Part shown: positions 38,191-47,329 of the stretch, piece by piece | Layout of the letters: every line of letters begins with the position of its first letter | Numbering within the stretch: the first letter of the stretch is position 1 | NCBI GenBank assembly: GCA_035458585.1 | Contig: DATHZN010000083.1 | Location: 10,944-74,943 of the forward strand | Reading direction: 5' to 3' | DNA: 64,000 nucleotides | Source of the DNA: Marinobacterium sp. | Lineage (GTDB): Bacteria; Pseudomonadota; Gammaproteobacteria; Pseudomonadales; Balneatricaceae | Translations under genes and position numbers: made by a program | The notes under the pieces: model-generated | Databases searched by the model: none | Seen by the model: the letters and a program-made list of their open reading frames with translations, nothing else | What the model was told of the DNA's origin: nothing

Positions 38191-38318
38191 AAATATCAAG
38201 AATAAATATTGATATTTATTTTATTATTCAAGATCTAATTTTGATTTATTCGTGTTTATTCAAAATGGAGTTTTGATAAATCGCTTTTTATTCAAATTTA
38301 AATATTGATTTAAAATAA
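38191..38318. repeat. Four TCAA-N9-TTGA palindromes in exact 32-bp phase
   Basis: TCAA starts at 38196, 38228, 38260 and 38292, each followed by 9 nt and then TTGAT. Confidence 0.85.
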
Positions 38319-38615
38319 AACTATCATTGAAAAATATAATGTTCACCTGCGTCTCAATAGTCATGAGGTTTTGCCTATAAGTTACTTTAACTAATTGTAT
38401 TTAAACGGTTTGTAACTCATGATTTAGTGTTTATTCAGTCGTATTTAATAAAACAAGATTGTTGATTTTATGATCAGTGATAGTGGATACTTGTGCTAAT
38501 ATCAAATAACAGAAAGGCGCGAGTTTCGTTGTAATGACCGTTAAGAGTCAAACAGCTCACTCTAAGAGTGCCTTTAAGCGGAAAAAATCGCTAACAATGG
38601 ACGGGTTTTAAGCAG

Positions 38616-39908
38616 TTGGCAGATGCAAATATGATAGTAGCGCTTGACATAGGTACCTCTAAGGTCGTCTGTATGGTGGCCGAAGTGGGTGCCAATGGCA
38701 GTGTCGATGTTGTCGGTGTGGGTTCTCATCCGTCACGCGGTCTAAAGCGCGGTGTCGTCGTTAATATCGAGTCTACCGTGCAGTCAATTCAGCGGGCTGT
38801 TGAAGCTGCAGAATTGATGGCTGGGTGTAAGGTTCACTCTGTGACCGTAGGTATATCCGGTAGCCACATCGACAGCCATAACTCTCACGGTATCGTTGCA
38901 TTGCAGAGCCGTGAAGTTACCGAGTCCGATCTAGAGCGCGTCATTGAGGCGGCACAGGCGATCGCTATTCCCGCTGACCAACGCATACTTCATATCCTTC
39001 CGCAGGAGTACCTGATAGACAATCAGGAGGGCATTAAAGAGCCCCGCGGTATGTCAGGAGTTCGTCTTGAGGCCAAGGTACATCTGGTCACAGGTGCGAC
39101 CAATGCAATACAGAATATTGAAAAGTGTGTTCGTCGCTGCGGTCTGGAAGTTGATGCGGTGGTGTTGGAACAGCTCGCCTCGGGTTACGCCGTCCTGACG
39201 GACGACGAGAAAGACCTCGGTGTCTGTATGGTGGATATAGGGGGAGGTACCACCGATATTGCGGTATTTACCCAGGGTGCGATTCGTCATACAGCTGTCA
39301 TTCCTGTGGCGGGTGATCAGGTAAGCAACGACATAGCGATGGCGTTGCGCACGCCCATGCAGCACGCTGAACAGATCAAGATGAAATACGCCTGTGCTCT
39401 TGCACAGCTGGCGCGCCCCGACGAGACCATTAAGGTTCCAAGTGTTGGCGACCGCCCGCCGCGTGATCTATCGCGTCAGGCGCTTGCGGAAGTGGTTGAG
39501 CCCCGTTACGAAGAGCTATTTACGCTGGTCCAAGCAGAGCTCCGTCGGAGTGGCTTTGAGGATTTGGTTGCAGCGGGTCTGGTATTGACGGGTGGTACAT
39601 CGAAGATGGAGGGAGCGGTTGAACTGGCGGAGGAGATATTCCATATGCCTGTGAGGCTGGCGCGCCCCACCGGGGTGACCGGTGTTGACGACCTCCTCAA
39701 GAACCCGATTTATGCAACGGCGATTGGTCTCTTACTCTATTCAGCGGATAACGAGCTAGTGCAGTCGGTGGATACACAATCAATAGACGATATGAATCTG
39801 ACTGCAGATGAGCGCTCAGAGCATCGGACAGAACAAAAAGAGTCCCGTGATAAACAGCTGGGGAGCTGGGTATCGCGATTTAAGACCTGGGTTCAGGGTA
39901 ATTTCTGA
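38616..39908 (+). CDS. ftsA: Cell division protein FtsA
   Basis: LDIGTSKV, GMSGVRLE, DIGGGTTD, LTGGTSK, YATAIGLL; TTG start. Confidence 0.97.
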   Translation: MADANMIVALDIGTSKVVCMVAEVGANGSVDVVGVGSHPSRGLKRGVVVNIESTVQSIQRAVEAAELMAGCKVHSVTVGISGSHIDSHNSHGIVALQSREVTESDLERVIEAAQAIAIPADQRILHILPQEYLIDNQEGIKEPRGMSGVRLEAKVHLVTGATNAIQNIEKCVRRCGLEVDAVVLEQLASGYAVLTDDEKDLGVCMVDIGGGTTDIAVFTQGAIRHTAVIPVAGDQVSNDIAMALRTPMQHAEQIKMKYACALAQLARPDETIKVPSVGDRPPRDLSRQALAEVVEPRYEELFTLVQAELRRSGFEDLVAAGLVLTGGTSKMEGAVELAEEIFHMPVRLARPTGVTGVDDLLKNPIYATAIGLLLYSADNELVQSVDTQSIDDMNLTADERSEHRTEQKESRDKQLGSWVSRFKTWVQGNF

Positions 39909-39972
39909 ATACCAGTTAATGCAGCGAGTCGGCAGAGATCGAAGCAGCAATGTTAAATCCTGGAGGTGTTAG

Positions 39973-41166
39973 ATGTTTGAAATGGTAGATAGCGCGACAC
40001 AAAGCGCTGTAATCAAAGTTGTCGGCGTTGGGGGCGGCGGTGGCAACGCAGTATCACACATGGTGGCCTCAGACGTAGACGGCGTTGAGTTCATTTGTGC
40101 CAACACGGATGCTCAGGCGCTGGCAAAGATAGCTTCGCACACGACCGTTCATATCGGTGGTGAGCTCACCAAAGGGCTGGGTGCGGGTGCCAACCCAGAA
40201 GTTGGACGCTCAGCTGCACTTGAAGATCGCGAGCAGATCATGGCAGCGCTTGAGGGTGCCGATATGGTCTTTATTACTGCGGGCATGGGTGGCGGTACTG
40301 GTACCGGGGCAGCCCCAATTGTTGCTGAGGTGGCGAAAGAGATGGGTATTCTCACCGTTGCAGTTGTGACAAAGCCTTTCCCATTTGAAGGCCGCAAGCG
40401 TATGAAGATCGCGGATGAGGGTATTCGCGAACTGGAAGATCGGGTCGACTCGCTGATTATTATCCCGAACGAGAAGTTGCTGCCAGTATTGGGCAAGAAT
40501 ACCAGCCTGATCAAAGCTTTTAGCGCCGCCAATGATGTACTCAAAGGTGCCGTCCAGGGGATCGCTGACCTGATTATTCGTCCGGGTATGATTAACGTCG
40601 ACTTTGCTGACGTTCGCACTGTCATGTCCGAGATGGGCAAAGCAATGATGGGTACTGGTGTTGCGCGCGGTGATGATCGTGCGCGTGAAGCGACTGAGGC
40701 AGCTATTAAGAGTCCGTTACTGGACGATATTGACCTTAAAGGCGCGAGTGGCATCCTGGTTAATATCACCGCGGGCATGGATTTGAGCCTTGGTGAATTT
40801 GCTGAAGTAGGCGAGGTAGTGGAAGAGTACGCCTCAGACAATGCGACTGTTGTTGTGGGCACCGTCATCGACCCCGATATGAGTGAAGAGCTCAAGGTGA
40901 CCGTGGTGGCGACTGGCCTGGCACGGGCCGAACAGATGGAGGCGTTGGTGGTCAACTCTGATGTTGAGTCGGCCTCCAGACCCCAACCAACCCGCACGGT
41001 CGCTATGCCTACCGCAGGTTTTACCGATCTTGATACGCCAACCGTTATTCGTAACCGTAAGAGCGAGCAGCAGAATCTACCGCTAGAGCCTCAGGCTCAG
41101 AAGACGGGTACAGATGATATGGAGTTCTTGGACATCCCCGCCTTCCTGCGTCGTCAGGCGGATTGA
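39973..41166 (+). CDS. ftsZ: Cell division protein FtsZ
   Basis: [23 protein letters not shown]-terminal [11 protein letters not shown]. Confidence 0.99.
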   Translation: MFEMVDSATQSAVIKVVGVGGGGGNAVSHMVASDVDGVEFICANTDAQALAKIASHTTVHIGGELTKGLGAGANPEVGRSAALEDREQIMAALEGADMVFITAGMGGGTGTGAAPIVAEVAKEMGILTVAVVTKPFPFEGRKRMKIADEGIRELEDRVDSLIIIPNEKLLPVLGKNTSLIKAFSAANDVLKGAVQGIADLIIRPGMINVDFADVRTVMSEMGKAMMGTGVARGDDRAREATEAAIKSPLLDDIDLKGASGILVNITAGMDLSLGEFAEVGEVVEEYASDNATVVVGTVIDPDMSEELKVTVVATGLARAEQMEALVVNSDVESASRPQPTRTVAMPTAGFTDLDTPTVIRNRKSEQQNLPLEPQAQKTGTDDMEFLDIPAFLRRQAD

Positions 41167-41174
41167 TCCACAGC

Positions 41175-41199
41175 GGTAAGACGATAATGTCGTCTTGCC
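41175..41199 (+). terminator. Hairpin after ftsZ
   Basis: GGTAAGACGAT-aat-GTCGTCTTGCC; no strong U tract. Confidence 0.45.
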
Positions 41200-41247
41200 A
41201 TCAAATAGCTAGAGCGTTTTAAAACCGTCCAGGTTTTCCCGCCCCTC

Positions 41248-42015
41248 TCATGAGGTGGCGGGTCTTTTCTTCGCCACCATAATAAACTCCTGATTGCCGT
41301 CACCGCCTTTAATCGGGCTGGTTATATAACCCTCTACCTCCATCCCTAGCTCAGTTACAAGAGATCGAATCTGATGCTGAAGCTCTCCGAAAAGGTGAGT
41401 AGAACGAACTAGCCCGCCACGACCGATATGTTCGGGGCCAAGCTCAAATTGAGGTTTGACTAGGGTAATCAGCAGAGAATCGGGTAACAAAAGCTTAATC
41501 AAACCCGGCAGGATCAATCTTTGTGAGATGAATGATACATCCATGACGGCAATGTCAAATCTGCCGGTGGGGCTGTACGCTATCAGCGAGGCTTCGAGAT
41601 TGCGGGCGTTGTATCCCTCTATGCAGGTAACTCGTCGGTCAGCGCGCAGCTTGGGGGATAACTGATCGTGACCAACCTCAATCCCAATAACGGCTGTAGC
41701 ACCCTGCTGCAGTAGGTAGTCGGTAAAGCCCCCTGTGGATTGACCAACATCAATCGCTACCTTATCCGTGAAATCGAGATCGAATTGCTCATGCGCTGCT
41801 TTAAGCTTTAGTGCGCCGCGCGAAACATAGCGATCGGAATCGTCAGCAGTAATACGAATCGGTGTATCAGCGGCTAGCTTGAACGAGCTTTTGACTGATA
41901 CTTCCCAATTGCCTAGCAGTACCTCAACCCGCCCCTCTCTGATTACGCGCTGAGCTTGTGATCGACTGGCTACGAGTTGGCGTTCCACGAGTAATTGATC
42001 AAGTCGAACTAACAC
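41248..42015 (-). CDS. tlyA: TlyA-family RNA methyltransferase
   Basis: S4 domain RLDQLL..SRSQA, YVSRGALKL, DVGQSTGGFTD, DVSFIS, LVKPQFE, GN.EF. Confidence 0.92.
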   Translation of the reverse strand: MLVRLDQLLVERQLVASRSQAQRVIREGRVEVLLGNWEVSVKSSFKLAADTPIRITADDSDRYVSRGALKLKAAHEQFDLDFTDKVAIDVGQSTGGFTDYLLQQGATAVIGIEVGHDQLSPKLRADRRVTCIEGYNARNLEASLIAYSPTGRFDIAVMDVSFISQRLILPGLIKLLLPDSLLITLVKPQFELGPEHIGRGGLVRSTHLFGELQHQIRSLVTELGMEVEGYITSPIKGGDGNQEFIMVAKKRPATS

Positions 42016-42155
42016 CTAGAGTGCCCTCTTTAGTTGTGGAAAATGATTCTACGGGGCTCGGCACTCGGAGACCAGTCAGAGGGGAAAATGCTTGCTCCCG
42101 TGCGCCTAGCAAGGATAATGCTGAGCACAGCAAATAACCTCGAGGAGCACGATCA

Positions 42156-42545
42156 ATGTCTAACCGCAGCACCATCAGCACGCCCAATGCGCCCGCCGCG
42201 ATTGGTACCTATTCGCAGGCAGTCAAGGTGGGTAATACCGTCTACATGTCTGGCCAGATCCCCCTCAATCCAGCAACTATGGAGCTGGTGACTGAGAGCT
42301 TTGAGGCTCAGGCCGTACGCGTATTTGAGAATCTCCGAGCGGTTGCGCAGGCTGCTGGTGGAGAGCTGAACGATATCGTCAAGTTGACCATTCTTCTATC
42401 TGATATGGATTTCTTTCCACAGGTCAATGAAGTGATGGCGCGCTATTTTGACGAGCCTTACCCTGCACGTGCTGCCTTTGCTGTAAAAGCGATTCCCAAG
42501 GGTGCAGACATCGAAATTGAAGCGGTGATGGTTACTAACGACTAA
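42156..42545 (+). CDS. ridA: RidA-family enamine/imine deaminase
   Basis: [26 protein letters not shown]. Confidence 0.92.
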   Translation: MSNRSTISTPNAPAAIGTYSQAVKVGNTVYMSGQIPLNPATMELVTESFEAQAVRVFENLRAVAQAAGGELNDIVKLTILLSDMDFFPQVNEVMARYFDEPYPARAAFAVKAIPKGADIEIEAVMVTND

Positions 42546-42557
42546 GACAAGAAGTCA

Positions 42558-42580
42558 GGGCCAGCTCTTTGTGCTGGCCC
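42558..42580. terminator. GC hairpin between convergent ridA and the CHASE kinase gene
   Basis: GGGCCAGC-N7-GCTGGCCC; weak U tract. Confidence 0.45.
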
Positions 42581-42698
42581 AACGATTAAGTTATACCCGG
42601 CGATTAAGCCACAGAAGGGGATTAGGAACCTAGTCTACAGGTTGGCTAACTTTGCCTTAAAATCGACGTCAGGTTAGGGCAAGGCTATCCTTGCACTC

Positions 42699-44774
42699 TC
42701 AATGGACTATCTCGGCACTTGCGGTCGCTGGGTCTTCACTTAACACGTCTGATGGGCACCCTTGTAGTCTGCTCTGCTCTGCGTTAGCGCGGGCAAGTGC
42801 GATCTGTTGCATACACTCATAGAGCGCTTCTGATGATAGTGGTTTAGGTAGGACGGCATCAGCCCCTGCCTGAAGCAGTTCGTCCATTTGCCCACCCAGA
42901 CTGGCGGCGGTATGTCCAATAATGATCCCTTTGAAACCGCTATTTCGGGCGTCACGTACCACCTGGTCGCCATTCTTGTCGGGCAAGAAGTGATCGCTAA
43001 CAATCATCTCAAAGGGCTTGGTCGCCAATAATTCTTGAGCCTCTCCCCAGCTTCCGGCTATGTCGACGTCTCGTGCTCGCATAGAGAAAAACTTTTTGCC
43101 GAGTAACTGTAAAACTGGGTCATCCTCAACCAGCAGGACACGCATGGAGGCGAGTAGATCCTGGGCGGTTTCGTAGCCGTCTGCATTCTGGTTGGTTTGG
43201 CTATCTGCTGTCTTGAGTGGGACCCGAATTTGGAAACATGCGCCCGTGCTGTAGGGCATTAAAACGAGCACACCACCAATTTCCTCTATCCATTCGCGCG
43301 CGAGATGAAGGCCAACGCCTGTTCCCGGTGCATCAGTTTCGCCGCGTTGGTAGATTTCGAAAATCGAATTTTGCTTTCGTATTGGGATACCTTTGCCGTT
43401 GTCGCTAATCGTAACAATTAACTCCTCTCCGTCTGATTTGATCGGTTTGATATTCCACACCACCTCTATGCTATCGCCTTCAGAATGGAGGCATGCGTTG
43501 CGTACAAGGTTGGTTATCGCAACGCGAATTCGATAGAGATCAGATACGTACGGCTTGTTAACAGCAGCGGTCTGAATTTCAGAGCTGTAACTAAAGTTAC
43601 AACTCGAAACCAAGCTGTGGGTCGAACGCTCAATTTGCCGGCTCAGTGAGAGAAGGGTAAAAGGCTCATCGCGAACTTCACGTTTGAGGTTTGGATTGAT
43701 CAGCATGCGCATGTCATCAAGCGTGTCGAGCAGAGAGCCACTCTGCAACGCGATTGTCTCGCGGTTCTCTAACCACTCTTCGAGGTTCGACTCTTTGCTC
43801 ATCATGGCGATCGCTGAAACAGGTGTGCGTAGCTCATGTGCGATCATGCCGTAGAGCTGATTACGTTTTACATTCTGGCGTTGTAATTCTTCCAAAGTCT
43901 CTTCGAGCGAGAGCGTTTTCTGGTGAACTTGTGTCTCCAATTCTCGTCGGTGAGATAGCTGTTTATACACTGCCCAGGCCGATGCGGACGATATTAAAAG
44001 CGCGAACAACCAGTAGCCGGGCGTCAATATAAGGTTGGCGGGAACCTGACCGGCGAATTGGTCGGAGACGGCTATTTGCCAGTTTCGGTTACCAAACATG
44101 AGTTCAGATGTGGTAACAGAGGTGCTAAAAGCTTCGGCGTTACCAAAAAACACTGCGCCGGCTGCACCCGTCTCATCAACCCCCCTTATGGCGAAGTGCT
44201 GCGCAAGGGACGAGTCAAAGTGATCGCTTAGGAAAAACTCCATGTCAACTAGAACGGTAGCGAACCCCCAAAACTCGTTGTTGTTAATGAAAATGGGCTG
44301 GCGTGCGATCATCGCCGTACCGCCTTGTAGGAGGTTTACCGGTCCAACGGCGATCTTTGTTCTTGTCTCTATCGCCATTTTCGCGGAGTCTCGAGTGCTT
44401 GGTCCCTCGAGCAGGTTGTGCCCGATCGCGGCTGCATTTCGTACCGGGTTTGTGACCAGTTTAACGATCCCTTCAGGTGCAAGCTGGAGACTCAAAATCG
44501 TAGGATGCGACTGTTGGTAAAACCCTGTGAATTGGTCGAAAGCGTCTTGGGTGACATTGGGGTTTGAATGAACAAGGCTTGCGAGAGCATCTGTTATCAG
44601 CAAGATTTCATCAATATGTCGCTGAAGATCGGCCTTTATGGCAAAAAGTTTGGCGCGAGCCTGCGCCTCAATAACCTCTTCTCTATTGGCTGCGTCGTTG
44701 GCGTAGACAAAAACGAAAAATGCGAAGATGATCGCGCCGATAAGGCTCGCTTTGTTTGTTGCCGTCAGCTGCAT
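42699..44774 (-). CDS. CHASE-domain hybrid sensor histidine kinase
   Basis: TM-CHASE (AIGHNLL, GPVNLLQGG, FWGF)-TM, HELRTP, NLVRNA, DNGKGI, GTGVGL, C-terminal receiver. Confidence 0.9.
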   Translation of the reverse strand: MQLTATNKASLIGAIIFAFFVFVYANDAANREEVIEAQARAKLFAIKADLQRHIDEILLITDALASLVHSNPNVTQDAFDQFTGFYQQSHPTILSLQLAPEGIVKLVTNPVRNAAAIGHNLLEGPSTRDSAKMAIETRTKIAVGPVNLLQGGTAMIARQPIFINNNEFWGFATVLVDMEFFLSDHFDSSLAQHFAIRGVDETGAAGAVFFGNAEAFSTSVTTSELMFGNRNWQIAVSDQFAGQVPANLILTPGYWLFALLISSASAWAVYKQLSHRRELETQVHQKTLSLEETLEELQRQNVKRNQLYGMIAHELRTPVSAIAMMSKESNLEEWLENRETIALQSGSLLDTLDDMRMLINPNLKREVRDEPFTLLSLSRQIERSTHSLVSSCNFSYSSEIQTAAVNKPYVSDLYRIRVAITNLVRNACLHSEGDSIEVVWNIKPIKSDGEELIVTISDNGKGIPIRKQNSIFEIYQRGETDAPGTGVGLHLAREWIEEIGGVLVLMPYSTGACFQIRVPLKTADSQTNQNADGYETAQDLLASMRVLLVEDDPVLQLLGKKFFSMRARDVDIAGSWGEAQELLATKPFEMIVSDHFLPDKNGDQVVRDARNSGFKGIIIGHTAASLGGQMDELLQAGADAVLPKPLSSEALYECMQQIALARANAEQSRLQGCPSDVLSEDPATASAEIVH

Positions 44775-45082
44775 ATCTACCGCCTCGAGCCTTGGCTCTT
44801 TTGTGTTTTACCAGAATCTACGTGTGCTTTGATCTGGTTTGGTCTTTGCACCACACACCATCTTCACACTAGCAGTTGCGGTCTCTGTTCGTTATCAGAA
44901 TAATTCCTATTTTTCAGGCTATTTAAGCGTGTTCTTAGATGGTTAGATTATAATAAAAACAAGTTTTATATAGATCGATTGTTTAATTTGCGATTAATAA
45001 ACATCAACTGTGGGGGGGGCACAGAGTCAATTGAAACGGATCAGCTCAATAAATGTCTACGCTCCCATATTTGGGGCAATAT

Positions 45083-45457
45083 TCAGCTATCCGCCTCAGT
45101 TTTGCTCTCTTTGATCTGTTGACGTACCTCGTCCATATCCAACTCGCTCGCTTTGTTGAGTAGCTCGCGCAGTGCGCCGGCTGGCAGGGCTCCGCCCTCG
45201 CTGTAGAGTAGGATGTTGTCGCGAAAGATCATCAGTGTGGGGATAGATCGGATCTGGAAGTGGGCAGCAATAGCCTGTTCGGCTTCGGTATTGACCTTCG
45301 CGAATAGTATATCCGGAAACTCTTCAGATACCGCCTCGAAGGTTGGGCCAAACGCCTTGCAGGGGCCACACCAGGGTGCCCAGTAATCGACGATGACAAA
45401 GGGGTTGCCAAATACGGTGGCTTCAAAATTCTCTTCGTTCAGATCTACTACAGCCAC
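45083..45457 (-). CDS. Thioredoxin
   Basis: WAPWCGPC, IRSIPTL. Confidence 0.93.
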   Translation of the reverse strand: MAVVDLNEENFEATVFGNPFVIVDYWAPWCGPCKAFGPTFEAVSEEFPDILFAKVNTEAEQAIAAHFQIRSIPTLMIFRDNILLYSEGGALPAGALRELLNKASELDMDEVRQQIKESKTEADS

Positions 45458-45487
45458 GCTGGGCCTCCTTTCAATGTTAACTTGCAG

Positions 45488-46030
45488 TTACCACATTAGA
45501 TCGTCAGGGATCACATATTCCGCATATGGGTCATCCTCATCCGACGCCTTCTGATCACTTGATAGGGGTATGATCACCTCAGGCCGGCGCGCTTCGATTT
45601 TTTCAGCAACGATCGCGGGTATAAGCGCGTAGGAACCCCCGAATCGCGCCACTCTTAACTGTGCCCGCGCAAGCGTCGGTAGCATCGCTTCATCGACATA
45701 GAGCGATTTGATGGTGGTACCGTCAACAAACTGGAAGCGCGTCTCCGCCCGTGGCGAAGGATTTACCCGGTACTGCTCAATTAGCTGCTTAACCTGAGCA
45801 TCAATCGCTTTTTGATCCTGCTCCGCTTTGCGCGCTTCGTTCAACTGGCGGTCGCGCTCGGCTTTCTCTTTGCGTTGTATTTCAATCGCTGCAAGACGCT
45901 GCTGGCGCTCGGCCTCTGCCTGTTGCGGTGCTTGCTTCTTCTGTTTGCGTTTCTCGATAGTCGCTTTTTTCGCCTGCTGTTTATTGGCGATACCTGCTTT
46001 AAGCAGTTGATCCTTGAGTGAACCTGCCAT
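45488..46030 (-). CDS. DUF2058 (YaiL) family protein
   Basis: SLKDQLLKAG N-terminus; DDPYAEYVIPDDLMW C-terminus. Confidence 0.92.
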   Translation of the reverse strand: MAGSLKDQLLKAGIANKQQAKKATIEKRKQKKQAPQQAEAERQQRLAAIEIQRKEKAERDRQLNEARKAEQDQKAIDAQVKQLIEQYRVNPSPRAETRFQFVDGTTIKSLYVDEAMLPTLARAQLRVARFGGSYALIPAIVAEKIEARRPEVIIPLSSDQKASDEDDPYAEYVIPDDLMW

Positions 46031-46087
46031 AGCCTCTGTGTCCGAATGCCCTAATACTGCGCTATTTTATCACAGGGCAGGTGAAGC

Positions 46088-46720
46088 ATGTTGGAGGAAT
46101 CTATGAGTTTTGTGGAGTGGTCGAGCCTAGCCCTGGTCTGTCTAATGGGTGCTGCTTCACCGGGGCCAAGCTTGTTAGTTGTGCTTAATCAGACAGTCAA
46201 CGGATCGCGCCTGAATGGCGTTGTGACCGCTTTTAGCCATGGCGCAGTGGTGGGTTTCTGGGCATTGATTACAGTCTTGGGCATCAGTCAGTTATTGTTG
46301 CATATACCCCTGCTGCAGTGGGTGTTGTCGATTTTTGCCGTGATCTATCTACTCTTTCTCGCGTGGGGTGCTTGGAACGGTGGCAAAGTGCAGATTACAA
46401 CTGTAAGAGACGTGGGCTCCAAGTCGCTGTTCTCGGCGGTGTCGGATGGTGCAGCAATCGCGCTATTCAATCCTAAGTTGGCGCTCTTTTTTCTGGCTCT
46501 TTTCACTCCATTTGTGGATACCCAACGCCAATTCAGCGAGCAGTATCTCCTGGTACTGACTCCCTGGATTACGGACACAGTCTGGTATCTCGTTATCGTC
46601 TTACTGCTGAGCCGCCCGGCGAGCCTCGCTTGGCTAGAGCAGAGACAGCAGGTCATCAACAAACTTCTGGCGATTGCACTGGTGGTTATCGCGATGCTTT
46701 TGCTACTCGGGAGCCTCTAA
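46088..46720 (+). CDS. LysE/RhtB-family exporter
   Basis: SPGP, NPKLALFF; start may be 46103. Confidence 0.88.
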   Translation: MLEESMSFVEWSSLALVCLMGAASPGPSLLVVLNQTVNGSRLNGVVTAFSHGAVVGFWALITVLGISQLLLHIPLLQWVLSIFAVIYLLFLAWGAWNGGKVQITTVRDVGSKSLFSAVSDGAAIALFNPKLALFFLALFTPFVDTQRQFSEQYLLVLTPWITDTVWYLVIVLLLSRPASLAWLEQRQQVINKLLAIALVVIAMLLLLGSL

Positions 46721-46726
46721 GTCAGT

Positions 46727-46760
46727 TTGCAATCAGTCACCCGCCTGCTTATACTGCGCC
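46727..46760 (+). promoter_or_regulatory. Sigma70 promoter of ffs
   Basis: TTGCAA-N17-TATACT followed by GCGCC discriminator. Confidence 0.75.
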
Positions 46761-46782
46761 CACCTCATATTGAGGCTGTTGT

Positions 46783-46892
46783 GGTGGCTCCATTGGTCCT
46801 CCCGCAATGATAAACCGTGAACCTGGTCAGGCCCGGAAGGGAGCAGCCACAGCGGTGGACTCATGTGCCGGGATGTGGCTGGTGGGGCCATC
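46783..46892 (+). ncRNA. ffs: SRP RNA (4.5S)
   Basis: Domain IV core TCAGG-CCC-GGAA-GGG-AGCAGC; terminal stem GGTGGCTCC/GGGGCCATC; upstream of dnaX. Confidence 0.95.
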
Positions 46893-47329
46893 TCCATTTT
46901 AGGCTTACCTATTGATTCTAAATACCTTCCAATGACCGATTGAGCTAAGTGTGAATCAAATTTCCGCATCAGGGCTGACACGAGCGCTTACACCTATCCT
47001 GTTTCAACAAGTGTGGTTGTCAACTGATGGCTTGATCAAGCGCGTGCGGATAATTACTTTCAAAACTAACAAGTCGCTCGATATGTAGCTTTTTTGTGCA
47101 GTGTGAGCAACAACCAAAGCATCTATCTGTCTATTCGTTTTCACCTGCAACACTGGGCAGAGCAGGCAATAGCCTGGGCTCCTCGAACCGCATTTCGCAG
47201 ATGTTGAATCCGATTTATTGCTTTCTGAATTCCCTACTGTCGAACCTATAATTCGCGCATCCATGCGCACAGTGTCAGAACTGATGTGATAATATTCTGG
47301 TTCGAAGAAACCGCCCTCAGGGAATTCGG

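Noticed and set aside
38196-38309. Array boxes as FNR or IHF sites
   Set aside because: The half-sites are everted relative to TTGAT-N4-ATCAA with the wrong spacing, and WATCAANNNNTTR is not matched
38191-38318. 32-bp array as a CRISPR array or simple tandem duplication
   Set aside because: Only two 4-5-bp half-sites are constant; there is no repeat-spacer structure and no cas gene, and the linkers are diverged
38114-38615. AT-rich spacer as oriC or dif
   Set aside because: No clear TTATCCACA boxes, no GATC clustering, no XerC/XerD dif sequence and no dnaA or gidA context
40149-40997. 282-aa ORF antisense to ftsZ
   Set aside because: Shadow frame produced by codon bias of a conserved gene; the same applies to antisense ORFs over purL, copA, recR and rpsA
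42019-42149. Short inverted repeats covering the tlyA and ridA ribosome-binding sites
   Set aside because: Only 6-7 bp each (GAGTGCC/GGCACTC and TGCTCC/GGAGCA), too short to separate from chance
44775-44900. c-di-GMP riboswitch in the CHASE kinase leader
   Set aside because: GCAAA and AAACC fragments are present, but the GNRA tetraloop/receptor architecture could not be built
46893-47223. Spacer after ffs as a mobile-element remnant or small gene
   Set aside because: No terminal repeats, no att duplication and no credible ORF; the 47004-47366 ORF overlaps dnaX in antisense
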